From Longimicrobiales bacterium (GTDB lineage Bacteria > Gemmatimonadota > Gemmatimonadetes > Longimicrobiales > Gaopeijiaceae): a DNA stretch of 64,000 nt. The stretch is taken from positions 864,001 to 928,000 of the forward strand of contig CBDCNQ010000005.1 of the NCBI GenBank assembly GCA_965219445.1, in the 5' to 3' direction. A program made the translations under genes and the position numbers. The notes beneath the pieces were generated by a model, which worked only from the letters and a program-made list of their open reading frames with translations, was not told the origin of the DNA and searched no databases. Of this stretch, positions 37,900 through 48,357 are shown piece by piece (position 1 is the first letter of the stretch; every line of letters starts with the position of its first letter).

Positions 37900-38101
37900 G
37901 ATGACTGGCGCCAGCCAGCGCAGATTTGGTGAAAACCCCCTGATTTCAGCGCTCACCAGCGCCCACGAGCGCTCGACTCGTATCTGATAAGCATGAGGTC
38001 GGTAGGTCGAGTCTACCCAGGCCATTGCTGTAAGTGACTGCCCCGCTTGGTATTATGGCCTGCGGGGCTTTGCTGTAACAAGAAAAGCGTGAGGGCAATA
38101 A
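37900..38101 (+). other. att-like junction 3: left arm as in junction 2, degenerate tRNA-Ile 3' half (37984-38024), right arm as in junction 1
   Basis: ...CCCCTGATTTCAGCGCT...GCGCCCACGAGCGCTCGACTCGTAT-CTGATAAGCATGAGGTCGG...; GCTGTAACAAGAAAAGCGTGAGGGCAATAA. Confidence 0.85.
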
Positions 38102-38234
38102 GCCACCCGCCGATACGGCGGTATTCGCCGCGCCGTCCTGGCGTCGTGGCAGAAAAAGGTGTTACGGGCTGCGCAGCAGGCGGTACTGTTGAAGAGCCGG
38201 CTCCCGAAGCAAGACACGCCAGGAGTGGACTGGA

Positions 38235-39077
38235 ATGGACGACGAGACCGTAGGAACCGAGGGGACTCCGAGGAGGCCGAGGAGTAGGACCTTCGGCTTG
38301 AACGTGGAGCGACAATTCGCGTTCGCTGCGGCGACCGTGCTGTTTCTCGCGTGCGGGGGTGACGGTTTGACATCGGGCGATCCCACGGGCCCCGACGCGA
38401 ACGACCCGGTGGGACTGCCGCCGGTCGATCTCGCCCTTCCCGTGCCCGCCGCAGCCCTCCTTGAGGGGGCCATCGTGAACCCGTTCGGGGTTGTAAGAAG
38501 CTCTCTCGACTTGGTCGAATTGGGGCACTCGGGCATCGACCTCGTATCGGCCCAGGGCACCGCGATCTACGCAGTCGGCGATGGCGTAATCGTCTCCGCG
38601 GACGCTGCCACCGACGGGTTTCCAGGAGACGCTGTCCGTTTGCTCTTGAGCACGGACGCGCCACAAGGTGAGGGGTGGGTATTCTTGTACGAGCATATCT
38701 CTCTCTTGGCCGGCCTGGAGGTGGGCAGCACCGTTATGAGAGGTCAACAGATCGCGACGAATCCTCTCGAGATTGGCAGGTCCAACCATCTCGAATTGGC
38801 ATGGGTGTTCAATAACTTCCTGTTCCACCGGGACCAACGCTGCTGGGTCGTTCACCTCGAGGCCACGGAGCGTACCGCCCTCGAGGAGCGGTACAACAAC
38901 GTGCTCCGTATACACCCCGACTTCGTCGGGGTCTGGAGCCAAGTGGACTTCAACGAAGACATGCTCCCCTTCAAGGAGCTGCTCAACATCGCCACGTACA
39001 CGGATGGCCCGCAGATCTGCTACCCAAAGGGGACCGACGTGCGTGTTCCTGCCACGCCGGTGAGCGCACCCAGGTAG
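38235..39077 (+). CDS. M23-family metallopeptidase-like lipoprotein
   Basis: FLAC lipobox, HSGIDL...GTAIYAVGDGVI, YEH, V..GQQIA, NHLE. Start uncertain. Confidence 0.75.
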   Translation: MDDETVGTEGTPRRPRSRTFGLNVERQFAFAAATVLFLACGGDGLTSGDPTGPDANDPVGLPPVDLALPVPAAALLEGAIVNPFGVVRSSLDLVELGHSGIDLVSAQGTAIYAVGDGVIVSADAATDGFPGDAVRLLLSTDAPQGEGWVFLYEHISLLAGLEVGSTVMRGQQIATNPLEIGRSNHLELAWVFNNFLFHRDQRCWVVHLEATERTALEERYNNVLRIHPDFVGVWSQVDFNEDMLPFKELLNIATYTDGPQICYPKGTDVRVPATPVSAPR

Positions 39078-39225
39078 ACGTGATCATCCCGCCAACCAGG
39101 ATCCGTGTCATCGAGATAATGAATTCCATCCAGCCCATGTGAGGCTCCAGGAGCCTGACGTGCCCCCCAGGTGGGGTACCACTCCCCATGTCCGAACGCA
39201 GTCGCTCGAAGAGGCCGACGGGGCA

Positions 39226-40290
39226 TCAGTTTAACAGATTTTCAGCATTCCGATACGCAAATTTTTCCTGGACCGATAGATCAAGTTGTCCGATAAAGGC
39301 TCGAGCATAATCGACTAATTTCTCACCTACTTCTATATCCAAGGTCCATACGGCGATTCCACCGCGGTCCGTACCCCACAAGAATTGATCTGGATGTGTT
39401 TCTATCAGGACTTTCCATGTCGCCAGGTCTTGTGTAAGCAACGGCCCATAATCATCTAACGCGGCTAGAAAGCTGGCGGTACTCTCGCCAGGATGCAGCA
39501 AGTACTGATCCCCATAGAGATCGTTAGCTGTAAAGTAGACGTTGGGGTACTGCGCCATCAAAGCACCCACTTCGTTTTCTATCCCTTCTCCATGAACGAG
39601 AAAATTTAGTTCGGGATTATCTCTCAACGCGTTCGCAAGGTTGGTTTCCTGACCAGGACCAGGGTGAAAATACACAGCCAGATTGTGTTCTCTTACGACC
39701 TGGTAGATACCATCAAAGACAGGATCATCGGGGGGCACATCATCACCCACACCAGGTGTTCGCTCTGAGAGAGAGATTTCACCGTAACCTTGAAACAAAT
39801 TGGGTTGCATCGACAAAATATTGCTCAGTTCGCTTGATGTTGCCGTCGGCAAGGCCGAATTATTTCCGTGAGCATTGATAAACGGAACGAAGTGAGCCGG
39901 GTAAGTTTGCATAGTGCGCCTTACCAACTCGAGCTCTTGTCCCGGGGCATCTGATGGAACAGAAAAGAAGGTAAATACTTTGCTCGTACCCTCATGTCTT
40001 ATGGTGCAATCAATCTCAGTTATTGTAGTGTTTACCCCGAGCTCTGGGAATTGCGGACCTGGCGAGGGGCCGCCTGACAGTACCGGCATGTGAAAATGCG
40101 TATCAGTCAGTGGGCCCGCGTAGTAGGATGCATCGAGTTGTGGAGCTGTCACTGCAGGGCAAGTCGAAGGCGCAAAGGCAGCATCAATTTCACTACTTGA
40201 CCCCCCAGCATCAGTAATGCCCCCGTCATCACCACAAGAAATGATGAAAAAAGAGAACAATGGAATAGATAGTATGAGCCTTTTTGTCAT
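39226..40290 (-). CDS. Amidohydrolase-family lipoprotein, AT-richer than flanks
   Basis: IISC lipobox, DTHFH, GYGEI, YFHP, LVHG, LWGTD, RNAENLL. Confidence 0.8.
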   Translation of the reverse strand: MTKRLILSIPLFSFFIISCGDDGGITDAGGSSSEIDAAFAPSTCPAVTAPQLDASYYAGPLTDTHFHMPVLSGGPSPGPQFPELGVNTTITEIDCTIRHEGTSKVFTFFSVPSDAPGQELELVRRTMQTYPAHFVPFINAHGNNSALPTATSSELSNILSMQPNLFQGYGEISLSERTPGVGDDVPPDDPVFDGIYQVVREHNLAVYFHPGPGQETNLANALRDNPELNFLVHGEGIENEVGALMAQYPNVYFTANDLYGDQYLLHPGESTASFLAALDDYGPLLTQDLATWKVLIETHPDQFLWGTDRGGIAVWTLDIEVGEKLVDYARAFIGQLDLSVQEKFAYRNAENLLN

Positions 40291-40423
40291 TTAATTGGTC
40301 TCCAAATGGCACTACGGCGGATGCGCCCTTGCCTTTCACAGTGCACACCAGCCGTGAGATTTGCGAGCCAATTCGACGGGTGCTGCCTCTCACGCCAAAG
40401 CGTTGATGGGATCTCGCGCTTGA

Positions 40424-40462
40424 GACCTGCGGGGCTTCGCTGTAACAGAAAAAGCCTGAGCG
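40424..40462 (+). repeat. Orphan partial Ile-type right arm
   Basis: CCTGCGGGGCTTCGCTGTAACAGAAAAAGCCTGAG resembles 38059-38093 and 25939-25973. Confidence 0.65.
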
Positions 40463-40587
40463 CTTCGACACTGTTCATGGTGGTGGCATCTGCGCTGTCG
40501 CCATGAGCGCCCATTGGACCCCCTGGCTCGCCTCGACTTGACGGACGTCGCCGTAGCCGGCGGGCACGCCTGTGCTAGATTCGCCGC

Positions 40588-43167
40588 ATGCATGACGTCG
40601 CCCTCGATCTGCTGATCCTCCTGGCAGGCATCTGGCTGGTCGCGGTCACGCTGCGCCCGCTGGGGCTGCCCACGATCATGGGCGAGCTCATCGTCGGGGT
40701 GCTGGTGGGACCGGCTGTCTTCGGCCTCATCGAGCCCAGTCAGGCGATCACGCTCCTGGCCGAGATCGGGATCTTCTTCCTCATGTTCCACGCCGGTGTG
40801 GAGACCCAGCCCACCGAATTCTTCGGTGCTCTGAAGCGCTCGCTCGGGGTTGCTCTAGTGGGCGCGATCGTGCCGTTCGGGGTCAGCTTCGGCGTGGCGA
40901 CCGCGTTCGGACTGGATCCGGTAGGTGCCGTGTTCGTCGGTCTCACCATGACAGCCACAGCTGTGGTGATCACGTTGAAGACCCTCAAGGACCTGGGGCT
41001 AGCAGATACGCGGGTGGCCCGGGTGATCGTCGCGAGCTGCGTGATCGACGACCTGCTGACCCTGGTGTTCTTCGGCCTCGTGATCGGGGTGCTGTCGGGC
41101 GGGTCGTTCGAGCCCATGGACATCGTTGTCACGCTGGCGAAGGTAGTGGTCTTCTTCGGCCTGGCCGTGCTGCTCGGTCGGTTCGCGTACCCGCGCTTCA
41201 CGCTGCCCTTCCGAAGCGAGGGAGGCAAAGGCTTCACCTTCGTGCTGCTCGTGGCCATCGCCGCGGGCCTGTTCGCCGAAGCCATCGGGCTGCACATGAT
41301 CCTGGGGGCCTATCTGGCCGGCTTGTTCTTCGAGGAGAAGGTGGCGCACCCGAACCTGGTCCGGATCGTGGCGGATCGCTCCTACGGGATCGCCTACTCG
41401 TTCCTCGGACCGATCTTCTTCATGTCGCTGGGCTTCTCCATCACCTTCGACATCAGCCCTTCGGGCGTGGCGTTCCTGATACTGCTCACCGCGGCGGTGA
41501 TCGTCGGTCAGATCGCGAGCGCGGGGAGCATGGCGCTGCGCATGGGGTTGCCGGCGCGGGAAGCCCTTACCGTGGGTGTGGGCATGTGCGGGCGTGCCGA
41601 GTTGGCGATGATCCTCGCCGCGCTGGCTCTGGCCCAGGGCGCCATCGACCCGTCCATCTTCTCGGTGCTGATCTTCACCATGTTCGTTCTGAACCTGTTC
41701 ACGCCGCTCGCGCTGAAGGGCTGCTCGGTGCTGCTCGAGGGCAGGGCAGCGCGCCTCGAGGGGGGCGCCCTCGGCGTACTGCTTCCGGATAAGTTCAGCG
41801 CTCCTCCGCTAGTGGAGCCCTTCGAGGAACGGCTGCCCTTCGCGCTACCGAACGTGGACGGCGGTGTGGTGGTCTACGGATACGGGCCGGAGGTGGATTC
41901 CCTGCTGAGCGAGCTCGAGCGCCGCGGCACGGCTTCCGTCGTGATCGAGGAGGACGAAGCGGCGGCGCGCCGCCTCCACGGACACGGGCAGCAGGTGGTG
42001 CACGCCAGGCTGGCGGAACAGGAGTTGGACCTCCGACCACTGGCCCGCGCCCATGCCCTGGTCCTGAATGGTCAGGACGATGCCAACGCGCTGCTCGCGC
42101 TCAGCGCCCGCGAGGTGGGGTACAAAGGCCCGATCGTCGCGATGATCGAGGACCCTCGCCGACGCGCCCCGATGCTGCTGGCTGGGGTCAACGTCACGTT
42201 CGCCCCTACCCACGTGCTCGCCGCCGTCCTGAGCTCCCGGGCCAGCGCCAGGATCACCCCGCGGGTCACAGGAGTCCGGCCACTGAGCAGGCTCCTCGAG
42301 GTGGCGGAGCTACGGGTCCACGATGCCAGCCCACTGGCGGATACCACGCTTGCCGAAGTCGGGCTCCGCACCCGCACTGGGGCCAACGTCGTCGGGCAGT
42401 GGCGGGATGCGGCACTGCACCAGCCCCCGGCCGCGGATGAGACCATCCGCCCCGGCACGATCCTGGTCGTCGCGGGAACTCCGGAGAGCATCGAGAAGCT
42501 CAGCGAGCTGGCCCGGCCCATCATCGAGGAGGGAGTGATCGTGGTGATCGGTTTCGGGGACGTCGGGCGGAAGCTCGCGGAGATTCTCACCGCCGTGGAA
42601 GAGGAAGTGTACGTCGTCGATCCGGTGGAGCGCCTGGGTGTCCACGTAGTGGGTGACATCATCGACCCGGACGTGCTCGAGCGTGTGCCCCTCGCCGGGG
42701 CCCGGGTCGTCGTACTCGCGCTCGACACGGACAGCGCGACGGTCTTCGCCGCTACCGTACTCCGCGACTATGCTCCGGACCTGCCGATCATCGCTGGCGT
42801 CTTCTTGGCCGAGAACGTGGCGCGTATCCAGCGTGCCGGCGTGGACTACGCCCTCTCCGTGAGCCAGGTCGCGGGACAACTCCTCGCCCACCACGTCCTG
42901 GGAGAGACGGTGTCCCTTCAGCCTCGTATCAAGCTCGTGCGGGTCGGCGCAGGGCGGCTCGAAGGGAAGAACCCGGTGGCGGAGCGGATTCGGGAGCGCA
43001 CAGGCTGCACGGTTGTGGCGGTGGAGCGGGACGGCCAGGTCGCCATGGACTTCCCAGCTTCGCTCCGGCTCTCACCCGACGACGCGCTCTACATTTGTGG
43101 GACCACGGACGCGGTCGCACGCTACAATGAGGAGTTCCCGACATTCCCAACCGGCCTCCTCCCCTGA
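40588..43167 (+). CDS. Cation:proton antiporter (CPA2) fused to tandem TrkA-N/TrkA-C (RCK) domains
   Basis: GELIVGVLVGP, VIDDL, ILGAYLAG, PIFF, GRAEL, then GYGP and GFGDVG Rossmann segments with TrkA-C repeats. Confidence 0.88.
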   Translation: MHDVALDLLILLAGIWLVAVTLRPLGLPTIMGELIVGVLVGPAVFGLIEPSQAITLLAEIGIFFLMFHAGVETQPTEFFGALKRSLGVALVGAIVPFGVSFGVATAFGLDPVGAVFVGLTMTATAVVITLKTLKDLGLADTRVARVIVASCVIDDLLTLVFFGLVIGVLSGGSFEPMDIVVTLAKVVVFFGLAVLLGRFAYPRFTLPFRSEGGKGFTFVLLVAIAAGLFAEAIGLHMILGAYLAGLFFEEKVAHPNLVRIVADRSYGIAYSFLGPIFFMSLGFSITFDISPSGVAFLILLTAAVIVGQIASAGSMALRMGLPAREALTVGVGMCGRAELAMILAALALAQGAIDPSIFSVLIFTMFVLNLFTPLALKGCSVLLEGRAARLEGGALGVLLPDKFSAPPLVEPFEERLPFALPNVDGGVVVYGYGPEVDSLLSELERRGTASVVIEEDEAAARRLHGHGQQVVHARLAEQELDLRPLARAHALVLNGQDDANALLALSAREVGYKGPIVAMIEDPRRRAPMLLAGVNVTFAPTHVLAAVLSSRASARITPRVTGVRPLSRLLEVAELRVHDASPLADTTLAEVGLRTRTGANVVGQWRDAALHQPPAADETIRPGTILVVAGTPESIEKLSELARPIIEEGVIVVIGFGDVGRKLAEILTAVEEEVYVVDPVERLGVHVVGDIIDPDVLERVPLAGARVVVLALDTDSATVFAATVLRDYAPDLPIIAGVFLAENVARIQRAGVDYALSVSQVAGQLLAHHVLGETVSLQPRIKLVRVGAGRLEGKNPVAERIRERTGCTVVAVERDGQVAMDFPASLRLSPDDALYICGTTDAVARYNEEFPTFPTGLLP

Positions 43168-43187
43168 CTGCCGCCCTCGCCCTGCGG

Positions 43188-44894
43188 CTAGTGGTAGAGG
43201 GCGCTGAAGCGCTCCCGCTGCTCCGCGCTGCCCAGGGCGACGAGCGTCGAGCCCTCAACTAGCCGCTGGTCGGGCGGCAGATTCGTGACGAATTGCCCGT
43301 CTTTCTGGACGCCGATCACGTTCAGGCCGGTGCGCGAGCCAATCCCGGCGTCGGCGAGCGTCTTGTCGGCGAGCGACTGCGGGAGCGGCACGTAGAAAAG
43401 CTCAACGCCCTCGCCCAGCACGATGAGCTCCCGTCCCTGCACGATCGAGTACACCGTCTGCACCCCTAAGGACGAGTAGCTCAAGACGAAGTCGGCGCCG
43501 GCGCGCTGGATGGCCTCGACGTTCCGCTCGTGCGTGACCCGGGTGAGGATACGCGCGTTGGGATTGAGCCGCCGGCAGTACACCGTCAAGTAGACGTTCA
43601 TCGCATCGTCGTGCGTCGTGAGCAGGATGCACGGTGTCTCGGCGATCCCCGCTGCGTCAAGTACGCGCCGGTCGGCGGCGTCGCCCAGAAACAACCGGCC
43701 GGGAATGCTCGCGATTTGCGGCTCCAGTTCCGGGTTGCGTTCCACCATATGCACGGGGATCTCCCGCCGCTTGAGGGCCGCAGCGGCGGCGCGCCCCACC
43801 TTGCCGCCGCCGACGATGAGCACCGGATTCGGATTGGCGTCGTATATCACGAGCACTTCGTCCAGCTCCGCGATCTGCTCGGGCGTGCCGATCGCGACCG
43901 GCACGCTGAGCGGCGAGAGTTCGAGATCCGGCGACGAGGGCAGGAACCGCCCACGCTCCCACACGCCGACGATCGTGGCCCCGGTAAACTCGCGCAACCG
44001 AGTGTCGCGAATGGTCTGGCCCTGGAACGGCGTGTTGTGCACCGGGAACTCGGCTAGCTGCAGGTGATGGAACTTGCCGATCACGTTGGCGCGCGACGTC
44101 CCCGCGCTCACCCGGTTGGCGAGGTGCTCGCCGAGTTGGTGGATGAGCGGCAGCACGTGCGTGGCGCCGCTGAGTTCCAGCACGTCGATCGAGTCTTCCA
44201 CTTCGGCCAGCGCGACGACGGGCACCGAATCGGACAGCTCGCGCACGGTGAGCACAATGTTGGAGTTGACCGTGTCCGATGCGTTGGCCAGGACGAGGCG
44301 AGCCCGTGCCGCTCCGGCGGCTCGATAGGTCTCGACGGAGTCGATCTCGCCTGTGAACACCGGCACGCCGACATCCTGCATGTGCATCGCAAGGTCGGCG
44401 TCAGGCTCGATCACATAGACCGGCACGTCCGCCAGTTGAAGGTGGCGGATGAGCCCTGGCGCAATGGGATCGTTGGCGCAAATCAGCACGTGACCCGCGA
44501 GACCTTCCGGCACCAACTGGAGCGAGCGGATGCGGCCGCGGCTCCGCTGCTCGAGCCACGGGGCGTACACAACTCGGATGAAGAGAAACGGGAGGATGAT
44601 AAGGAGCAGCACCATGCCGGTCAGCAGCACGAGGGTGCTGAATGCGCGGCCCAGGTCGCTCTCGAACGTGATATCACCGAAGCCGAGCGTGCTCATCACG
44701 GTGAGCGCCCAATAGACTCCCGTGAACCACGAGTGGTCCTGACCCTCCCCCGCCATGATCACTTGGAACAACCAACCGTAGAGCACAACGACCGCGACGA
44801 GGAGGACCACGTATTTTACGAACGGCGCAAGCTGCCGGCGCAGTTTGGTTTCCCCCGCGAGCAGCGTGGCCAGATGGGAGCCGATGGTCTTCAT
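43188..44894 (-). CDS. Potassium channel family protein with tandem RCK domains
   Basis: YWALTVMSTLGFGDI selectivity filter, GGGKVG, TrkA-C segments. Confidence 0.9.
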   Translation of the reverse strand: MKTIGSHLATLLAGETKLRRQLAPFVKYVVLLVAVVVLYGWLFQVIMAGEGQDHSWFTGVYWALTVMSTLGFGDITFESDLGRAFSTLVLLTGMVLLLIILPFLFIRVVYAPWLEQRSRGRIRSLQLVPEGLAGHVLICANDPIAPGLIRHLQLADVPVYVIEPDADLAMHMQDVGVPVFTGEIDSVETYRAAGAARARLVLANASDTVNSNIVLTVRELSDSVPVVALAEVEDSIDVLELSGATHVLPLIHQLGEHLANRVSAGTSRANVIGKFHHLQLAEFPVHNTPFQGQTIRDTRLREFTGATIVGVWERGRFLPSSPDLELSPLSVPVAIGTPEQIAELDEVLVIYDANPNPVLIVGGGKVGRAAAAALKRREIPVHMVERNPELEPQIASIPGRLFLGDAADRRVLDAAGIAETPCILLTTHDDAMNVYLTVYCRRLNPNARILTRVTHERNVEAIQRAGADFVLSYSSLGVQTVYSIVQGRELIVLGEGVELFYVPLPQSLADKTLADAGIGSRTGLNVIGVQKDGQFVTNLPPDQRLVEGSTLVALGSAEQRERFSALYH

Positions 44895-44983
44895 GCAGAT
44901 ATGTTAATAGCTGTAACGAACCCTGTAACAGCGCTGGCCAGCCTTTCGTGTATGTTACCTTCGAGCCTCGAGAAGGATTTACG

Positions 44984-47480
44984 ATGTCAAATCTCCACGG
45001 CCGGACTTCCATCGGTCGCCCGCGCCTTATCAGGGTGGCAATTAAACGGGCGCACGCGCCGCGTCAGTGGCGGCTGTCGCTGAGGCTACTTGCTCTCCTG
45101 CTCTTGCCCTCGGCATCTCTGGCTCAGGAGGGCGCGACCCTGGCCGGTCGTACGCTGGATGACGCCGCTAGCTCTCCCATCGGTCTGGCGACGGTGGTGG
45201 TGCAGAACGCGGAGTCCGGTGATACGCTCTCCGGTGCGCTCGCCCGCGAGGATGGCCGCTTCTTCGTTCGGGGTCTGGTACCGGGCCGATATACGATCCA
45301 CGTGTCATTCCCCGGCTTCTTCCCCGAGCAGGTCGATGTGCTCGTGTCCGAGCTCAATCCGTCGTACGACCTCGGCGACATACGCCTCCGCGGCTTGGGT
45401 AGCCTGGAAGAGGTCACAGTCACCGTAGAGGCGATCCGAGCAGCCGGGATCGACACGCAGGTGTTCCGGCTAGACGAAGGGGCGACTCAGTCGACTGGCT
45501 CGGTGCTCGATGCGTTGAGGAACCTCCCGGGAGTGACGGTCGACCAGGAAGGTAGGGTCTCACTTCGCGGCAGCGATCAGGTCGCCATCCTCATCGACGG
45601 CCGACAGTCGAGCCTGACGGGGTTCGGTAGTCAGCGCGGGCTCGACAACGTGGCCGCCGCCAACATCGAGGCCATCGAGATCATCAACAATCCATCGGCG
45701 AGCTTCGACGCTGCGGGTATGGCAGGGATCATCAACATCATCTACAGGCAGGATCGACAGTTGGGCCTCTCCGCCGACCTCAGCATGTCGCTTGGCCTCG
45801 GCCAGTTCACCAAGCAGCGGCCCGACCTTCCGACCGAGCTCGGCAGCTTTTCCAGGAACAGGAAGATCGTCCCCAGCCTGAGCCTGAGCTACAACACGGC
45901 GCGCGTGCAAGCCTTTGCTCAGGGTGAGCTCCTTCGGCAGGACGATCTACCGAACAACGAGTTCACGACGCGCTTCTACGACGATGGTCGCGTCATCGAG
46001 TCTCAGGTTCCCGAGAATCGCGAACAGACACACTACATCGTGAGGCTGGGCTCCGACCTCCTTCTCGGCAACGCAAACACGTTCACGGTCTCGGGGATCT
46101 ACGACGTCGAGTCCCACACCGATCGCGCACAGGTTCCATTCATCCTGGCCTCGACAGGTCAGCGCGAGCGCTACTGGTTCTGGACGGAGGAGGAGACCAC
46201 GGGCTTCGCCAACGCGACCCTCAACTGGAAGCGCGAGTTCCCCACGCCCGGACACGAGCTCGACGTCAATCTCCAGTACACGCGCGGCTGGGAAGACGAG
46301 GCCTATTTCCTCAACGAGGAGTCGAGCGTTCGGGTCGGCACGGACATGACTCACTTGGAGGCGGTCGAGAACACCCTGCCGCTGAGCATCGATTACACCC
46401 GTCCGCTGGCGAGCGGTCGGATCGAGCTCGGCACCAAGCTTCAACGGCGCTGGCTGCCGATCACGTACTTGGTGGACCGTGGTGTGCAGAGCGTAATCTA
46501 CGACGGTCTCGGCGACTACTCCGACTGGGAGGAGGACATCTTCGCGGCGTATGCCAATCTGGTGCGTGCAAGGCCCGCATACACGCTCGAGGCCGGGCTA
46601 CGGATTGAGCAGACCAACGTCTCCTACACGATTCCGGACGAGAACATCTACTACGCCGGTAGCGACGCGTACGACTACTTGGAGCTCTTCCCCAACGTCA
46701 AGATCACCTACGCGCTCGGTGGCGTCTATCGACTCGTCGCCGCCTACAATCGGCGCATCGACCGGCCCGGAGAGCCCGAGTTGCGCATCTTTCCGAAGTA
46801 CGACGATCCGGAGTTGCTGAAGGTCGGAAACCCGTTTCTCAGGCCGCAGCTGACCAACGTCTTCGAGCTCGGACTCGCACGCTCCTGGACCGGCGGATCT
46901 CTCAGCACGGCGCTATACCATCGGGACATCTCGGATGCGTTCCTGCGGATACTCGCGATCGACAGCTCGAACCTCAGCTATGACATCGTCAACCGGATCT
47001 ACGAGAACGTAGGCAACTCCAGGCAGACTGGAGTCGAGGTGATCCTGGAGCAGCAGATCGCCGGACCCTGGCGAGTATCGGGCAGCGTCAACTGGGTTCA
47101 CGAACGACATCGACGCGTTGGAGACAGTCCTGCTATTCCCGACGCCCCGCCCCTTCTCACTGGCCGCATCGAAGGACGACACGTGGGACTTCACGGTCAA
47201 CAACCGGATCCAGGTACCCGGGGCGGGGGAGGTCCAGTTGAGCTACATCTACTACGCCGCTCGCAACGTGCCTCAAGGAAGTGAGCGCGCGCGCTCCTCG
47301 TTGGACCTGGCCGCCACGTGGCCCCTCATGAACGAGCGTGCCGAGGTCGTGTTCACCTTCACCGATATGCTCAACGACTTCGCCGTTCAGCGTGACATCG
47401 ACGGTCAGGGCTTCACCGCGCTTTACGAGAACTTCTTGGAGACGCAAGTCGCCACGGTTGGGATGAGGGTTCGGTTCTGA
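44984..47480 (+). CDS. TonB-dependent receptor / outer-membrane beta-barrel, interrupted by a +1 frameshift near 47094-47096
   Basis: Plug LPGVTVD..G.VSLRG...ILIDG and GNPFLRPQ. Removing one G restores NWFTNDIDALE into ORF 47118-47480, which ends GMRVRF. Confidence 0.8.
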
Positions 47481-47519
47481 GAGTTCGCCGTGGAGGGGGC
47501 GGGAAGTATGAGCAACGCG

Positions 47520-47562
47520 GTGAAACCCCCCTAATTCCAGCGCTCACGAGCGCCCTGAGCGG
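47520..47562 (+). repeat. Orphan partial Ile-type left arm
   Basis: GTGAAACCCCCCTAATTCCAGCGCTCACGAGCGCCC resembles 37929-37964 and 34797-34832. Confidence 0.65.
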
Positions 47563-47734
47563 CAGCGTCAAGGTCAAGGAAACTTCCCCCTGCGTGACAG
47601 AGGGAGACGCTCGCCAATGCGAGGCGAAGAAGCCAGGGTGCATGACCTGCAATCTCGACAACGAATCCACTGGAGCCTTCTGGTTTTAGTCTATGGTGTG
47701 AGGATCTGACGTCGCACGATTTCGACGCTTGGCG

Positions 47735-48211
47735 TCACCTCAGTTTGGCAATGTCGAGTCGCTCCCTCAGACGCTCGAGGAGCTGAGTCAGGGTCCGCGC
47801 CTCTTCGTTCGTGAGGGCCTTTGCCGTCCGTCGGTTCATCTCCTCAGTCGGCTGGTCCATCTCAGCGAGCAGGCTGAGCCCCTCCTGAGTGATGGCGATA
47901 TCTACGCGTCGCCGGTCCTCCTCGTTCGGCTGGCGGCTCACCAACCCCCGCTTGCGGAGCTTCTCCACGAGGCGGGTCGCGTTCGCGGTTCGGTTCAGCA
48001 TCCGTTCTTGCACTTCGCACAGGTTGTACGTGCTCCCGCGATTGCCGCGAAGGATCCTCAGGATGTTGTACTGCTCATTCGAGATATCGAATTCCTTGAG
48101 CTGCTCTTGAAAGACCCGATACAGCCAGTGGCTGGTGAAGTGCAGGTTCAGCACGGCTTCCGTGTGCGCGTCCGGGAACTCCGCCTGTTTGATCTCATCG
48201 GAAAGCTTCAT
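47735..48211 (-). CDS. MarR family transcriptional regulator
   Basis: ISNEQYNILRILRG, NATRLVEKL..RGLVSR, EDRRRV.I.IT..G. Confidence 0.9.
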   Translation of the reverse strand: MKLSDEIKQAEFPDAHTEAVLNLHFTSHWLYRVFQEQLKEFDISNEQYNILRILRGNRGSTYNLCEVQERMLNRTANATRLVEKLRKRGLVSRQPNEEDRRRVDIAITQEGLSLLAEMDQPTEEMNRRTAKALTNEEARTLTQLLERLRERLDIAKLR

Positions 48212-48254
48212 GGCTTCACCAGTTTCGTTCGGACCACTTGACAATCGTCGATCA

Positions 48255-48297
48255 CACAATGAATGTGTATTCAATAAATGAATAGTCGTATTATTTT
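48255..48297. promoter_or_regulatory. AT-rich divergent promoter with candidate MarR operator
   Basis: TGAAT-GTGT-ATTCA palindrome in an AT-rich patch between marR and the divergent NmrA gene. Confidence 0.45.
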
Positions 48298-48357
48298 CGG
48301 CTCGGGTCAAGTGAGGTCACTCACGGCCTTCGAGCCTACTAAATGGAGGTATCGATC

